Shown here: in pieces, positions 27,759 to 37,783 of the stretch
Layout: every line of letters starts with the position of its first letter
How positions within the stretch are numbered: position 1 is the first letter of the stretch
NCBI GenBank assembly: GCA_963696385.1
Contig: CAVOKF010000001.1
Span: 4,114 to 68,113 of the forward strand
Reading direction: 5' to 3'
Origin: an uncultured delta proteobacterium
Lineage (GTDB): Bacteria; Myxococcota_A; Polyangia; Polyangiales; Polyangiaceae
DNA length: 64,000 bases
Made by a program: the position numbers and the translations under genes
The notes under the pieces: model-generated
Told to the model about the DNA's origin: nothing
Database searches by the model: none
What the model saw: the letters and a program-made list of their open reading frames with translations, nothing else

Positions 27759-29558
27759 ATGCGATCCCTAGTTCGTGGCGCTCTTATTCTTCTTCTGCCG
27801 GCTGTCGGGTCCCTTGGGACGTTCACGGGATGCAGTTCGAGCACGCCGTCGCCCTCGAGCGATGCAGGAGAGCCGGATGGAACGACACCGGCTGACAGCG
27901 GCAGCGACGCCACAGGCATCGTGGACGCGCACGCCGACTCGTCACCGGACGCGAGCGACGCGGGCGAGAGCGACGCGGCGGATGCGGGCGATGCGGGCGA
28001 GGGCGGCCCGGCGGACGCCGGCGACGCGGGCGACGCGGGCGAGGGCGGCCCGGCGGACGCCGGCGATGCGGGCGAGGGCGGCTCGCCCGACGGTGGGGAC
28101 GGGGGAGCCGAGCTCGCGTCGCTCCAGCACGTCGTCATCATCTATTTGGAAAATCACAGTTTCGATAATCTGTTTGCCAGTTGGCCCGGTGCGGACGGCC
28201 TCGCCGACGCGGGCTTGGCCGTTGCCCAGGTGGGTCCCGACGGCGGTCCTTACGGGACTCTTCCCGAATACGGTCCCTCCGGCGCGGGCATCGAGTCGCT
28301 CGAGGGCGCCTCGATCGCGAACGCCGCGTTCGACCTGACCGCGTACTTCCAGGAGGGCGCGCTCACGAACGATTTGCTCCATCGGTTCTACCAAGAGCAG
28401 GCGCAAATCAACGGCGGCAAGATGGACTCCTACGTGCTCTGGAACGATGAGAGCGCGGGGCAGAGTTTGGGCTACTGGCCGACCAGCTCGCTGCCGATGC
28501 CCCAGTGGATGAGTGCTCATCCCACGTACGTGACCTTGCTCGATCATTTCTTCCATGCCGCATTCGGCGGATCGTTTCTGAACCACTTCTGGCTCATTGC
28601 CGCGCAGAGCCCGACATTCCCGGACGCGCCGGCCGCCATTGTCGCGACGCCCAACGACGCCGGTCAGCTCGTTTCGCCGCTCGACACGACGACGTCTCCC
28701 CCGAGCGAAGTCTACAACTCGTCCAACGCCGACGGCCAGGTGACGCCCGACGGTTACGCCGTCAACACGACCTATTCGGTCAACGAGCCGCATCCCCCGG
28801 CGTTCGACACCGGATCGAGCAACCCGACGCATCTCTTGCCGCAGCAGACCTTCACGACCATCGCCGATGAGCTCGACGGAGCCGACGTGAGCTGGGCTTG
28901 GTACGCCGGGGGTTGGAACGACGCCCTGGCGTATGCCGGCGTCGCTTCGGTCGGCACGGATGCGGGCAGCGAAACCATCCTGGGTGGAACGGCGGAGGTG
29001 CTCAATATTTTCGAGTACCACCACCAGCCGTTCGTCTACTTCAAGAACTGGGGCGGTACGGCGGCGGACGGTGGCGTGGCCGGTCCCGGCACAGTCCCCA
29101 ATGGCAAGTGGGCCGTGAACCATAACCTCCAAGACGAAGAAGACTTCATTGCCGCCGCGGCGGCTGGAAAGCTGCCCGCGGTCTCGTTCGTCAAGCCGCT
29201 CTTTGACGAGCACCCCAACTACACGACGGAGACGGATAGCGAATCGAACACCGTCAGTCTCATCAACGACGTTGTCAACGGGCCGCAATGGAGCAGTACG
29301 GCCATCATCATTACGTATGACGAAAACGGCGGCTTTTGCGACCACGTTCCGCCGCCGACGACCGACAAGTGGGGTCCGGGCACTCGTGTTCCGGCCATCG
29401 TCATCTCGCCGTTTGCCAAGGGGGGCGTCGACTCGACCCCGTACGACACGACCGCGATCCTCAAGCTCATCGAGAAGCGGTGGAGTTTGAACGCGCTCGC
29501 GACGCGGGATGCCGCCCAAAACGACCTGTCGGCCCACGCGCTGAACTTCGCGCCCTAA
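27759..29558 (+). CDS. Phosphoesterase family protein (non-haemolytic phospholipase C / AcpA acid phosphatase-like)
   Basis: GGAGG RBS. The VVIIYLENHSFDNLF motif is characteristic of the family. The N-terminus has a lipobox and D/A/G-rich repeats. Confidence 0.8.
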   Translation: MRSLVRGALILLLPAVGSLGTFTGCSSSTPSPSSDAGEPDGTTPADSGSDATGIVDAHADSSPDASDAGESDAADAGDAGEGGPADAGDAGDAGEGGPADAGDAGEGGSPDGGDGGAELASLQHVVIIYLENHSFDNLFASWPGADGLADAGLAVAQVGPDGGPYGTLPEYGPSGAGIESLEGASIANAAFDLTAYFQEGALTNDLLHRFYQEQAQINGGKMDSYVLWNDESAGQSLGYWPTSSLPMPQWMSAHPTYVTLLDHFFHAAFGGSFLNHFWLIAAQSPTFPDAPAAIVATPNDAGQLVSPLDTTTSPPSEVYNSSNADGQVTPDGYAVNTTYSVNEPHPPAFDTGSSNPTHLLPQQTFTTIADELDGADVSWAWYAGGWNDALAYAGVASVGTDAGSETILGGTAEVLNIFEYHHQPFVYFKNWGGTAADGGVAGPGTVPNGKWAVNHNLQDEEDFIAAAAAGKLPAVSFVKPLFDEHPNYTTETDSESNTVSLINDVVNGPQWSSTAIIITYDENGGFCDHVPPPTTDKWGPGTRVPAIVISPFAKGGVDSTPYDTTAILKLIEKRWSLNALATRDAAQNDLSAHALNFAP

Positions 29559-30192
29559 GTCCACCGCCCCCAGAGCCAGGGGTCAGCCGGGCGTCGCGAG
29601 CGATTCGAGGCAAGGAAGGCCGAGCGACGCAGCGAGGCTGACCGACGCGTCGAACCGCGCAGCAGCCTGTTGAGCACGGTCTCAGGCGCCCCCACCGCCG
29701 ACTCGCGGCCGGCCCGGATGGCTTCCGCCGTCCGGGTCCGGGGATCTCTCCCGTACGGCCGAGGCGCGCCGCTGCAACAGTGGGCGCACGATCGTCGGAT
29801 GCGCGTGCCAGGCGCGGTCGTCACCGCTGAGGCCGTTCGGGGTCGAATCACACCCGGGGCTCGCCTGCTGGCAACAGGACGCGCGGGTGAGCCCCGGCCG
29901 CGCCCCCGGGGCGCGGGCAAGGCGCGGGGCTAATAATGGCCCAAGAGCCCGCCCGAGGCCTGCCGCGGCCTATCGTAGGCGGCGCGTTTGGGGCGCCTGT
30001 GGAGGGCGGCGTCGCCTGCGCGGAAATGGTCCTCCACGGCTCGGCCGGCGGTCGAGCTATCGGACCGTTCCATTTCGGCTGCCCACCGAATGTACAGGAC
30101 AGGGCGGCCATCTTCCGATAGTAACGTCGCGACTCGTGCCGAAGTCGCTCCACGCGCAGCGCCTTCGTGCGTGTTCATAAGGAGTAGAGCAA

Positions 30193-30399
30193 ATGGCAAC
30201 CGGCACTGTTAAATGGTTCAACGATACGAAAGGCTTCGGATTCATCACGCAGGACGGCGGCGGAGAAGACGTCTTCTGCCATCAGTCGGCCGTTCAAGCG
30301 ACGGGCTTTCGCTCGCTGACCGAGGGACAGAAAGTGGAATTCGAGGTGAAGCAAGGCCCGAAGGGCCTTCAGGCGGCGAACGTTCGCGTCATTGCCTGA
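30193..30399 (+). CDS. cspA: Cold-shock protein, CspA family
   Basis: [30 protein letters not shown] carries the RNP1/RNP2 motifs. An AAGGAG RBS lies upstream. Confidence 0.95.
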   Translation: MATGTVKWFNDTKGFGFITQDGGGEDVFCHQSAVQATGFRSLTEGQKVEFEVKQGPKGLQAANVRVIA

Positions 30400-30707
30400 A
30401 GCGGGGGAAGTTGGGCTTCGTACGCCCCGGCTGCCGACGGACTGGATGCACTCGTCCGTTGGCACCGGACTCTACCGACGATCGCGCGGTTGCGTGACTC
30501 GCACGATCCGCTGTTGACGGAGTTGTGCGTTGTCTCCTGACGCGAGTTCTGCCGGTCGGACTCCGTGATCTCTCCGATCACGATTTGGAAACGAACGGCG
30601 GCGTCGCGAGGCAAGGCCACGCGCGTCGCACAGACCGGCTCCTCGTCCTGCCGCGCGCATCGCAACGATCGATGCGCGCAGGCCATCGGGGCCGCAACGA
30701 TCCCGGA

Positions 30708-31433
30708 TCAGGTCGTGGGAAAAGGCTCTCTCTCGGCCCCCTTCGGGTTGGATGCGTCGGTGCCTTCGGCGAACTCGGTTCCGGCGGTCGACTCGACGAA
30801 CGGCCCTCCGCGCTCCTCGGGAACGACCTGGTTGAGGACATCTTCCTCCCGACTCTCGCCGCTCGTCACGGTCTCGACGAACTCCTCCCCGAACGTCTCG
30901 GCCAGGTCGTCGTTCGACCGCGATTTCGTGATGAAGGCGGTTCCCTCATCCTCGTGGCCGCCACTTTTGGCCATGAGCTCCGCGGCATACTTCGGATCGA
31001 TGTGCCCCGAACCATCGCGTCGGCGGACCGCCTGCCGGATCGAAGGGCCCGCGCCGCGCTTCGCCTTCGGAGTCACGGGCTTTGCGCGAGCCATCGCCTT
31101 CGGAGTCACGGGCTTTGATCGAGCCGTCGCCTTCGGACGAGCTCGCGTCTTGACGGGCGCGCGCGTCGTCTTTCGCGTGACGCTCGACGGGATCGCTTTG
31201 CGCGCGCCGCCAGCCTTTGCCGCCGGGGCCGCTTTCGCCCGAGCGGCCGGCCGTCGGGCCGGGGTCTTCTTCTTGGCGGCCTTCCGGGCGGCCGGCGGGT
31301 TGGGACGCGCCGCACCGCGCTTTTTCGCGGCGATTGCACTCTTCTTGCCCCTCGCCTTGGGCGCTCCCTGAGCGCGGCGGGTGGGGGTTTTCGACGAGCT
31401 CGCTGCACCCCTTCTTGTCTTCTTGGTGGCCAT
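30708..31433 (-). CDS. Protein with a histone H1-like Lys/Ala/Pro-rich N-terminus and an acidic C-terminus
   Basis: A 241-aa ORF. The first 130 or so residues are KKxAAxK-type basic repeats. The C-terminal 100 aa are ordinary and acidic. Confidence 0.6.
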   Translation of the reverse strand: MATKKTRRGAASSSKTPTRRAQGAPKARGKKSAIAAKKRGAARPNPPAARKAAKKKTPARRPAARAKAAPAAKAGGARKAIPSSVTRKTTRAPVKTRARPKATARSKPVTPKAMARAKPVTPKAKRGAGPSIRQAVRRRDGSGHIDPKYAAELMAKSGGHEDEGTAFITKSRSNDDLAETFGEEFVETVTSGESREEDVLNQVVPEERGGPFVESTAGTEFAEGTDASNPKGAEREPFPTT

Positions 31434-31669
31434 ACCCGCTATCCTAGCCCCTCTCGGGCGAGGGAGAAGCGCGCCGGTTCGGCGGGGTTAGGGCCCAAAG
31501 ACCGCCTTGCACCAATGCCCCATTGCCAAGGGGGCTCGTTTCGTTGGTGTTTCCAGATTGGCCATTCGTGCGGTTTCCCGAATCTTCGTTGTTCGCCGAA
31601 TCCCTCGAGCACGTTGGATTCGCGTATCGCTTGCTTCGTCTTGCTGGGTGGTACAAATTTCGGTTCGGC

Positions 31670-32593
31670 ATGGATAGCGCCATTCCGCAGGGCAAGCGTG
31701 AGGTCATCGACGGGCAGCTGCGCGTTCACTATTTCGGATATTGGATCAAGGCCTACGTCGTTCCTGCGGATACGCTTCTCGCCAAAAAACGCCTCATCGA
31801 AGCGCTGACGAGGCGACTCTTCGACCACTGCGAACACGGCATCAACGTCCCCGGCGCGTGCCTCGACCAGGCGCGCCGATCGTTCGACGCCGAAACCGAT
31901 CCGGAGCGACGGCGCGTCAAGGGAGCGATGCTCGCGGGAGCCCTCTTCAACCGGGCGACGGACGTTTTTACCAAGCTCGTCGAGATTCAGGCGCTCGGCG
32001 TGAAGATTGAATACGACAACGCGTTGATGCGCGAGTGCGGAGAGCACCTGCAGGAGGCGCTGTCGCTCGGGAAACTGGTCCTGCATCGCAGCGGCGAGGA
32101 GGGCCTCGACGAGCTGTGGGGAGAGCCGTTCAAAGCGTTCGCCTTTCCGATCGAGGATTTCTACAACAGTCGCTACATCAAGATCGCGCAGAGCATGCAA
32201 GCCATCGACGGCATTCGAGACGAGCTCATCGGGACTTTGTCCAATCTTTCGATGTTCGACGGTTCCGAGTCGCGCATCGACGACTTCGCCCGGGCCGCAA
32301 AGGTCAAGTGCGAAACGCTGCGCACCGACCCCGAAATTTTCGACGTATGGACCTCGTTCGTCGTCGCGGCCGAGCGGCTGGCCCGGTTCGAGCCGCGGCT
32401 TTGCTCCGAGGCGTCGATGCCGGATCAGCGCCAGGCCACGCAGGGCACGCAGCTCATCGCCAAGGGCCGAGACCTCATCTCGTACGTGACTCGCGCGCGC
32501 GTTCCGATGCCCAAGACGGCCGCGGAGTTCGTGGATCGCTGCCGCCAGTTTCGCACCCTGTACGTAGCCCCTCGCGCGCTCAGCGTAGCCTGA
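31670..32593 (+). CDS. Hypothetical protein; an alternative start at 31523 is possible
   Basis: A long open frame with ordinary protein composition. No motif recognised. Confidence 0.5.
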   Translation: MDSAIPQGKREVIDGQLRVHYFGYWIKAYVVPADTLLAKKRLIEALTRRLFDHCEHGINVPGACLDQARRSFDAETDPERRRVKGAMLAGALFNRATDVFTKLVEIQALGVKIEYDNALMRECGEHLQEALSLGKLVLHRSGEEGLDELWGEPFKAFAFPIEDFYNSRYIKIAQSMQAIDGIRDELIGTLSNLSMFDGSESRIDDFARAAKVKCETLRTDPEIFDVWTSFVVAAERLARFEPRLCSEASMPDQRQATQGTQLIAKGRDLISYVTRARVPMPKTAAEFVDRCRQFRTLYVAPRALSVA

Positions 32594-32722
32594 TCGGTCT
32601 TTGCCCGGTGCGGGCGGGCGAACGGCGCCTTCCTGACGGCCATGGTACGCGGTGGCGATCGGACGCGATGGCGGCTACGCCGCCCAGCGCGCTCGCGTTG
32701 GCGCTCGCGTCCCCGATGCCCC

Positions 32723-34654
32723 ATGATCGACGTCGTTCATCTCGCAAAGTCGTACGGTGCCCGAACCCTCTTCGAGGGCGTATCGCTCAAGCTCGTGGCC
32801 GGATCGCGCTACGGGTTGGTGGGAGCGAACGGTTCGGGAAAAACGACGCTCCTCGAAATCATCGCCGGCGACGAGTCGCCCACCGACGGCTCCGTTACCA
32901 TCGCCAAGTCGGCGCGTACCGGGGTTCTTCGGCAGGATCGCTTCCTGCGTGACGAGGACGCGATCCTCGACATCACGATGGCCGGCGACGACATCGTCTG
33001 GGGAGCCATGGCCGAGCAGCGACGCATCGTCGCCGAGGACCAGCCGGATGCGGCCCGGCTCGCCGAGCTCGAGGATCGAATCGCGGCGCACGACGGCTAC
33101 ACGCTCGAAGCGCGCGCGAGCGCCATTTTGGAGGGGCTCGGCATCCCGATCGCATCCCATCGGCGGCCGCTCGCCACACTCTCCGGGGGCTTCAAGTTGC
33201 GCGTGCTTCTGGCTCAGGTGCTTCTCGGCGGGCCCGACGTGCTGCTGCTCGACGAGCCCACCAATCACCTCGACATCCTGTCGATTCGCTGGCTCGAGCA
33301 GTTCTTGGCCGGCTACTCCGGATGCGCCCTGGTCATCTCGCACGACCAGCGGTTTCTGGATACCGTGGCGACCCACATCCTCGACGTCGATTATGGAACG
33401 GTGACGTGTTACCCCGGCAACTACACGGCCTTCTTGGCCGAAAAAGCGGCCGTCCACGAGCGGAAGTCCGCGCAGATCGCGCGTGCCGAAGCGATCGTCG
33501 CGGACAAGCGTGCGTGGGTCGAGCGATTCGGTGCGAAAGCGACCAAAGCGCGGCAAGCCCAGAGCCGGCTCAAGCAAATCGAGAAAATCGAAATCGTCAA
33601 GCTCGAGCCGACATCGCGGCAGTTTCCTAAGTTCCAGTTCACGCCGTTGCGCCCGAGCGGGCGCGACGTGCTCGCGATCGACGGTCTCTCGAAATCGTAC
33701 GGCGACAAGCGCGTCCTCGAGAGCGTGTCGCTCGTGGTCCGCCGCGCCGAACGAGTCGCCATCTTGGGACCCAACGGCTTGGGCAAATCGACCCTGCTCA
33801 AGATCGCCACCGGCAACCTCAACGCCGACGCGGGATCGGTGACCTGGGGGCACGAGGCTCGTGTCGGCTACTTCCCCCAGGATCATCGCGAGGTGCTGGC
33901 GGACGCCGCGGCCACGCCCATCGACGTCGTCTGGAGCGCGGTACCCACCGAGTCGACGAGCTACGTGCGCGGTCAACTGGGGCGCGTCCTGTTTTCGGGC
34001 GACGACGTCGCAAAGAAGGTGGGGGCGCTTTCGGGAGGCGAGGCGGCGCGGCTCGTGTTCTGCCTCCTCATGGTCGACCGCCCCAACGTGCTCGTCCTCG
34101 ACGAGCCGACCAATCATCTCGATCTCGAGGCCATTCAGGCGCTCGTGCAAGCGCTGCGCAACTTCGAAGGGACGCTCGTGTTCGTGTCGCACGATCGGGC
34201 ATTCGTCTCGGCGCTGGCGACGCGAATCCTCGAGGTGACCGAAGACGGATTCCGCGATTTCCCAGGCACCTACGACGAGTACCTGGACAAGCTCGGCGAC
34301 GATCACCTCGATGCCGACGCGGTCGTGTTGCGGGCGAACAAGCGACGAGCGATGGCAGGTCCGTCGAAGCTGGCGCCGCTTTCGCCCCGCTCGTGGGAAG
34401 AGCAAAAGAAACGAAAGAACCGGCAAAAGCAGCTGCCCTCGCTTCGAGACGCAACCGTGAAGTCGATCGAGGTCGCAGAGGCGCGCAAGGCGTCGATTCA
34501 TGCGCTCTGGTGCGAGCCGGGCTTCTTCGAGCGGAGCCCGCCCGATGCGGTCGCCGCGCTGCAGGCCGAGGAAGCGAGCCTCGTGCAGCGCATCGAGGCC
34601 CTAGTCGGCCAATGGGAAGCGTTCGAGAAGGAGATCGAAGACACGGCGGACTGA
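32723..34654 (+). CDS. ABC-F family ATPase (two ABC domains, no TM domain)
   Basis: Two Walker A motifs (GANGSGKTT, GPNGLGKST), two signature motifs (LSGGFK, LSGGEA) and a C-terminal coiled-coil tail. Confidence 0.9.
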   Translation: MIDVVHLAKSYGARTLFEGVSLKLVAGSRYGLVGANGSGKTTLLEIIAGDESPTDGSVTIAKSARTGVLRQDRFLRDEDAILDITMAGDDIVWGAMAEQRRIVAEDQPDAARLAELEDRIAAHDGYTLEARASAILEGLGIPIASHRRPLATLSGGFKLRVLLAQVLLGGPDVLLLDEPTNHLDILSIRWLEQFLAGYSGCALVISHDQRFLDTVATHILDVDYGTVTCYPGNYTAFLAEKAAVHERKSAQIARAEAIVADKRAWVERFGAKATKARQAQSRLKQIEKIEIVKLEPTSRQFPKFQFTPLRPSGRDVLAIDGLSKSYGDKRVLESVSLVVRRAERVAILGPNGLGKSTLLKIATGNLNADAGSVTWGHEARVGYFPQDHREVLADAAATPIDVVWSAVPTESTSYVRGQLGRVLFSGDDVAKKVGALSGGEAARLVFCLLMVDRPNVLVLDEPTNHLDLEAIQALVQALRNFEGTLVFVSHDRAFVSALATRILEVTEDGFRDFPGTYDEYLDKLGDDHLDADAVVLRANKRRAMAGPSKLAPLSPRSWEEQKKRKNRQKQLPSLRDATVKSIEVAEARKASIHALWCEPGFFERSPPDAVAALQAEEASLVQRIEALVGQWEAFEKEIEDTAD

Positions 34655-34705
34655 CGCCCGGGGTCGAGGTCGAGGTCGAGGTCGGGCTCGGGGTCGGGCT
34701 CGGCA
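34655..34705. repeat. GGTCGA / GGTCGGGCTCG microsatellite-like intergenic repeat
   Basis: ggtcgaggtcgaggtcgaggtcgggctcggggtcgggctcgg, read directly. Confidence 0.85.
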
Positions 34706-34709
34706 GTTC

Positions 34710-36062
34710 GTGGTACCGTCGGTGCTCGTGCCCGCGTTTCGCTCTTGTGTCCGACTGGCGGTGACTCTCTTCAGCGTCGCCGGCGGCGCGTGCTCTCAAG
34801 CGTCTTCGACTGGGCCCGTGAGCGGCGTTGGCGCCTCCTCGTCGTCCAGTTCGGACCACGCGGGCACATCGTCGTCCGCGGGGGGCGGCGGTTCATCGAG
34901 TACCGCGACCGGCTCGTCCGCGACCGGCTCGTCCGCGACCGGCTCGAGCGCGACCGGGTCGACCGGATCGTCCGCGACGAGCTCCTCCGCGTCGTCGGCC
35001 TCCAGCGGGTCGACCTCGAGCGGGTCGACATCGGGAAATGACGCAGGCACGCTTGGAGCATCCGACGGCGGAACGGGCCGCTTTACGTGCCCCGCCGGGC
35101 CCTTTGCCGCCAATCCGATTCCAGCCGGGGCGACGCCGACGAGGATCGCGGGAGTGCCTCCGCCCGACGAGACCGGTGGCACCATTGACCAGAACGGGAC
35201 GGGCTTTTCGACGATCGAGGGCCCGGTATGGATCAACGCCCTGTTCGTCTCGGAGTTTCCCGGAAGCCCGAATCCGCCGCCCTCGCGGATCATCGAAATC
35301 ACTGGGGCAGGAACGGTCAGCGTTCCCGGCCCGGCGGGGTGGAACCCCGGATCGAACGGCCTCGCCGTGGATCCGTCGGGAAACCTCATCGCCTGCGTAC
35401 ACAAGGACGGGTCCATCTCCCGCATGGACGTGGTCGCGGGCACGGCAACGCCCATCGCCTCGTCCTATATGGGGGCGCGGTTCAATGCCCCCAACGACTT
35501 GGCGATTCGAAGCGATGGCACCATCTACTTCTCGGACCCCGCCGGCTTCCAGTCTCCCACTCCGGCGCCCCAGGCCCAAGAACGCGTCTACCGGATCGCC
35601 CCCGGCACGAATGCGGTCTCGGTGGTGGAGCCTCAGTCGGGCGCGACGCCGCTGACGAACCCCAACGGCGTCTCGCTCTCGATCGACGAAAAGACGCTCT
35701 ACGTCTCGTCGAAAGACGGCGTCTACGCGTATCCCGTGATGGCTGACGGCAGCGTTGGCGCAGCGCCCTCGACGCCATTTTCGGCGCTGGACATCGACGG
35801 CATGACCCTCGATTGTTCCGGCAACATCTACGGAGCGGTCATTGGTACCAAGACCGTGGCCGTCCTGAGCCCCGCGGGAGCGACGATTGCCACCATCACC
35901 GTCTCCGGCGGATCGTCGACGACCAACACGGCCTTCGGGGGCGCCGATCACCAGACGCTCTACATCACCACGCAGGGGTCCGGCGGTGGGCAGACCCCGT
36001 CGGCCGCAGGCGCCCAGGGCATATTTCAGGTGGCTCTCGCCATTCCGGGATGGCCGTACTGA
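34710..36062 (+). CDS. SMP-30/gluconolactonase/LRE-family lipoprotein with a Ser/Thr-rich linker
   Basis: GTG start, lipobox VAGGAC, GSSAT repeats, and beta-propeller motifs (EGPVW, NGLAVDPSGNL, PNDLAIRSDGTIYFSDP, PNGVSLS). Confidence 0.8.
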   Translation: MVPSVLVPAFRSCVRLAVTLFSVAGGACSQASSTGPVSGVGASSSSSSDHAGTSSSAGGGGSSSTATGSSATGSSATGSSATGSTGSSATSSSASSASSGSTSSGSTSGNDAGTLGASDGGTGRFTCPAGPFAANPIPAGATPTRIAGVPPPDETGGTIDQNGTGFSTIEGPVWINALFVSEFPGSPNPPPSRIIEITGAGTVSVPGPAGWNPGSNGLAVDPSGNLIACVHKDGSISRMDVVAGTATPIASSYMGARFNAPNDLAIRSDGTIYFSDPAGFQSPTPAPQAQERVYRIAPGTNAVSVVEPQSGATPLTNPNGVSLSIDEKTLYVSSKDGVYAYPVMADGSVGAAPSTPFSALDIDGMTLDCSGNIYGAVIGTKTVAVLSPAGATIATITVSGGSSTTNTAFGGADHQTLYITTQGSGGGQTPSAAGAQGIFQVALAIPGWPY

Positions 36063-36127
36063 GGATCGCCATCGCGAACGGCCGCCGGCGCCTTGCGCGC
36101 GTGGGCTGACCCGATTAGGCCCATCGC

Positions 36128-36450
36128 GTGATGCGAAGACCCACCTCTCGCGCTGGCCCGCGGCCGGAGGCCGCGGAAATCGTCGTCACCCGAAATGGGC
36201 GCCCGGTGGCCAAGCTCGTGGCCGCCACGGCCATCCGCGGGCCGCGTACGCTCGGCGTCCTCAAGGGGCGCATCCGGATTCACAAGGATCTCGACGTGCC
36301 TCTTTCGGACGACGTTCTCGATGCGTTCGAACGCAAGGCGTGAGGCTTCTCCTCGACACGCACGCGCTTCTCTGGGCACTGGCCGCTCCGGCGAACCTTC
36401 CGGCGCTTTCGGCGGGGGCCATTTTGCCTTACATCTCGGGTCTCGGTTCC
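36128..36450 (+). pseudogene. Remnant of a Phd/YefM-VapC toxin-antitoxin pair
   Basis: EIVVTRNGRPVAKLV is the Phd/YefM core, but the expected N-terminus (AKTHLSR..) is in another frame. A GTG at 36340 (GTGA overlap) starts VRLLLDTHALLWALAAP, a PIN N-terminus. PIN similarity is lost after about 35 aa. Confidence 0.45.
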
Positions 36451-36496
36451 GGGCGAGAAAACTTCCGTCTAGAAGGGGGAAAGAGGAGAGAGACGC

Positions 36497-37420
36497 ATGA
36501 ACGAGGTGATTCGCGTGGGAATCGTCGGTGCCGCACTGGCGCTGGCCGGGTGCGTTTCCGAGGGCCAATACGATGCCGCGGTAAAGGACCAGCAGCAGGC
36601 GCGAGCCGACGCGCAGCGTGCGCATGACGAAGACCAGCAGCGTGCCGCCGATCTGGCCAAAGCCCGTGCTCAGATCGATCAGTTGAACGCCTCCATCGAG
36701 GACTTGCAGGCGCGCGCCGCCGAGCGCGACAAGGCCTTGGCGAGCGAGCAAGGCAGCGCACGCGAGTTGCGAGCGAAGCTCGACGGCGCGATCGCCGAGA
36801 ACGAGCAGCTTCGCAAGGAGCTCGCGCGACTCGGCACGAACGCCGACACGCTGCTCGCCGAGAAAGGCTCGCTGGCGAGCGCGCTCTCCAATGCGAAGGC
36901 GCGTCTCGAGGAGTTGCGCAGGGCCCAAGCGGCGGCGGACGCGCGCGCAGCGCTCTTCAAGCAGCTTGCGCTCAAGTTCCAGAAGATGATCGACGCGGGC
37001 GAACTGAAGGTTGCGCTTCGCAACGGTCGCATGGTCCTCGAGCTGCCCAACGACGTGTTGTTCGACACCGGACAGACGGCGATCAAGCCGGCGGGCAAGC
37101 AGGCGCTCACGAAAATCGCCGCCGTGCTTCGCACGATCTCGGATCGGCATTTTCAGGTCGCCGGCGACACCGACAACGTCCCCATCGACACCCCCCAGTT
37201 TCCCTCGAACTGGGAGCTGTCGACCGGGCGCGCGGTGCAGGTCGTGCACTTCCTGCTCGGGCAGGGGATGCGGCCCGATCTGCTCTCCGCCGCTGGCTAC
37301 GGTGAGTTCGACCCGGTCGCTTCCAACGAAGCGGCCGATGGACGAGCCCGCAACCGCCGGATCGAAATCACCCTGCAGCCGAACATCGACGAACTCGTGT
37401 CCGTCCCCAAAGGCTCCTGA
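36497..37420 (+). CDS. OmpA/MotB-domain lipoprotein with a coiled-coil N-terminal region
   Basis: Lipobox LALAGC, a long Q/A/R-rich coiled coil, and a C-terminal OmpA_C domain (GDTDNVPI..NWELSTGRA..NRRIEI). Confidence 0.85.
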   Translation: MNEVIRVGIVGAALALAGCVSEGQYDAAVKDQQQARADAQRAHDEDQQRAADLAKARAQIDQLNASIEDLQARAAERDKALASEQGSARELRAKLDGAIAENEQLRKELARLGTNADTLLAEKGSLASALSNAKARLEELRRAQAAADARAALFKQLALKFQKMIDAGELKVALRNGRMVLELPNDVLFDTGQTAIKPAGKQALTKIAAVLRTISDRHFQVAGDTDNVPIDTPQFPSNWELSTGRAVQVVHFLLGQGMRPDLLSAAGYGEFDPVASNEAADGRARNRRIEITLQPNIDELVSVPKGS

Positions 37421-37444
37421 GGGCGGGTTGTTTTCTTAGACTTC

Positions 37445-37641
37445 GATCACCCGGACCACCCTGAGCGTTCGCGCTGCTTTACGATCACCCGCGATACCCT
37501 GAGCGTTCGCTCCGCCTCGACTCGCTTCGCTCGCTCGGCTTCGCTCTCGCGGACCCGGCCCGCACGACACGTCGAGGGGAGCGAATGCCGCTCCCCTCGA
37601 GCTCCCCAGCAGGCCCAGCAGGAGACGAGACGGGTACCCGT
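37445..37641 (+). repeat. REP/MITE-like hairpin-rich repeat, copy A
   Basis: Shares a long near-identical core with 39831-39996 (same orientation) and 44734-44985 (inverted). It contains a 12-bp perfect stem (37572-37583 with 37589-37600) and the palindrome gacgggtacccgtc. Confidence 0.85.
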
Positions 37642-37783
37642 CGAGCGCGAACGAGAGTCCAAAGAGGGAAACCTCGAGAGCCGTTTCACCCGCTGCGAGA
37701 TCCAGGGTGAGCCCCAATCGGTTCGCAGTTCCAGTTACATCGGGGCCAATCGTCCCCAGTCTCAAGCATGCTAACCTCAAGTC

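Noticed and set aside
27950-28100. D/A/G-rich DNA repeats at the 5' end of the phosphoesterase gene as a separate repeat element.
   Set aside because: They are in frame, encoding a low-complexity linker (DAGDAGEGGPA repeated) after the lipobox. Such linkers are typical of secreted myxobacterial proteins.
30400-30470. An intrinsic terminator after cspA.
   Set aside because: Only weak 5-6-bp stems (cgggg/ccccg, acggac/gtccgt) with long loops and no T-tract. This is not strong enough to call.
37445-37641. The hairpin-rich repeat as a retron msr/msd or other RT-associated ncRNA, since myxobacteria are retron-rich.
   Set aside because: There is no reverse-transcriptase ORF anywhere in the window. 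Three dispersed copies with variable module number fit a REP/MITE-like repeat better.
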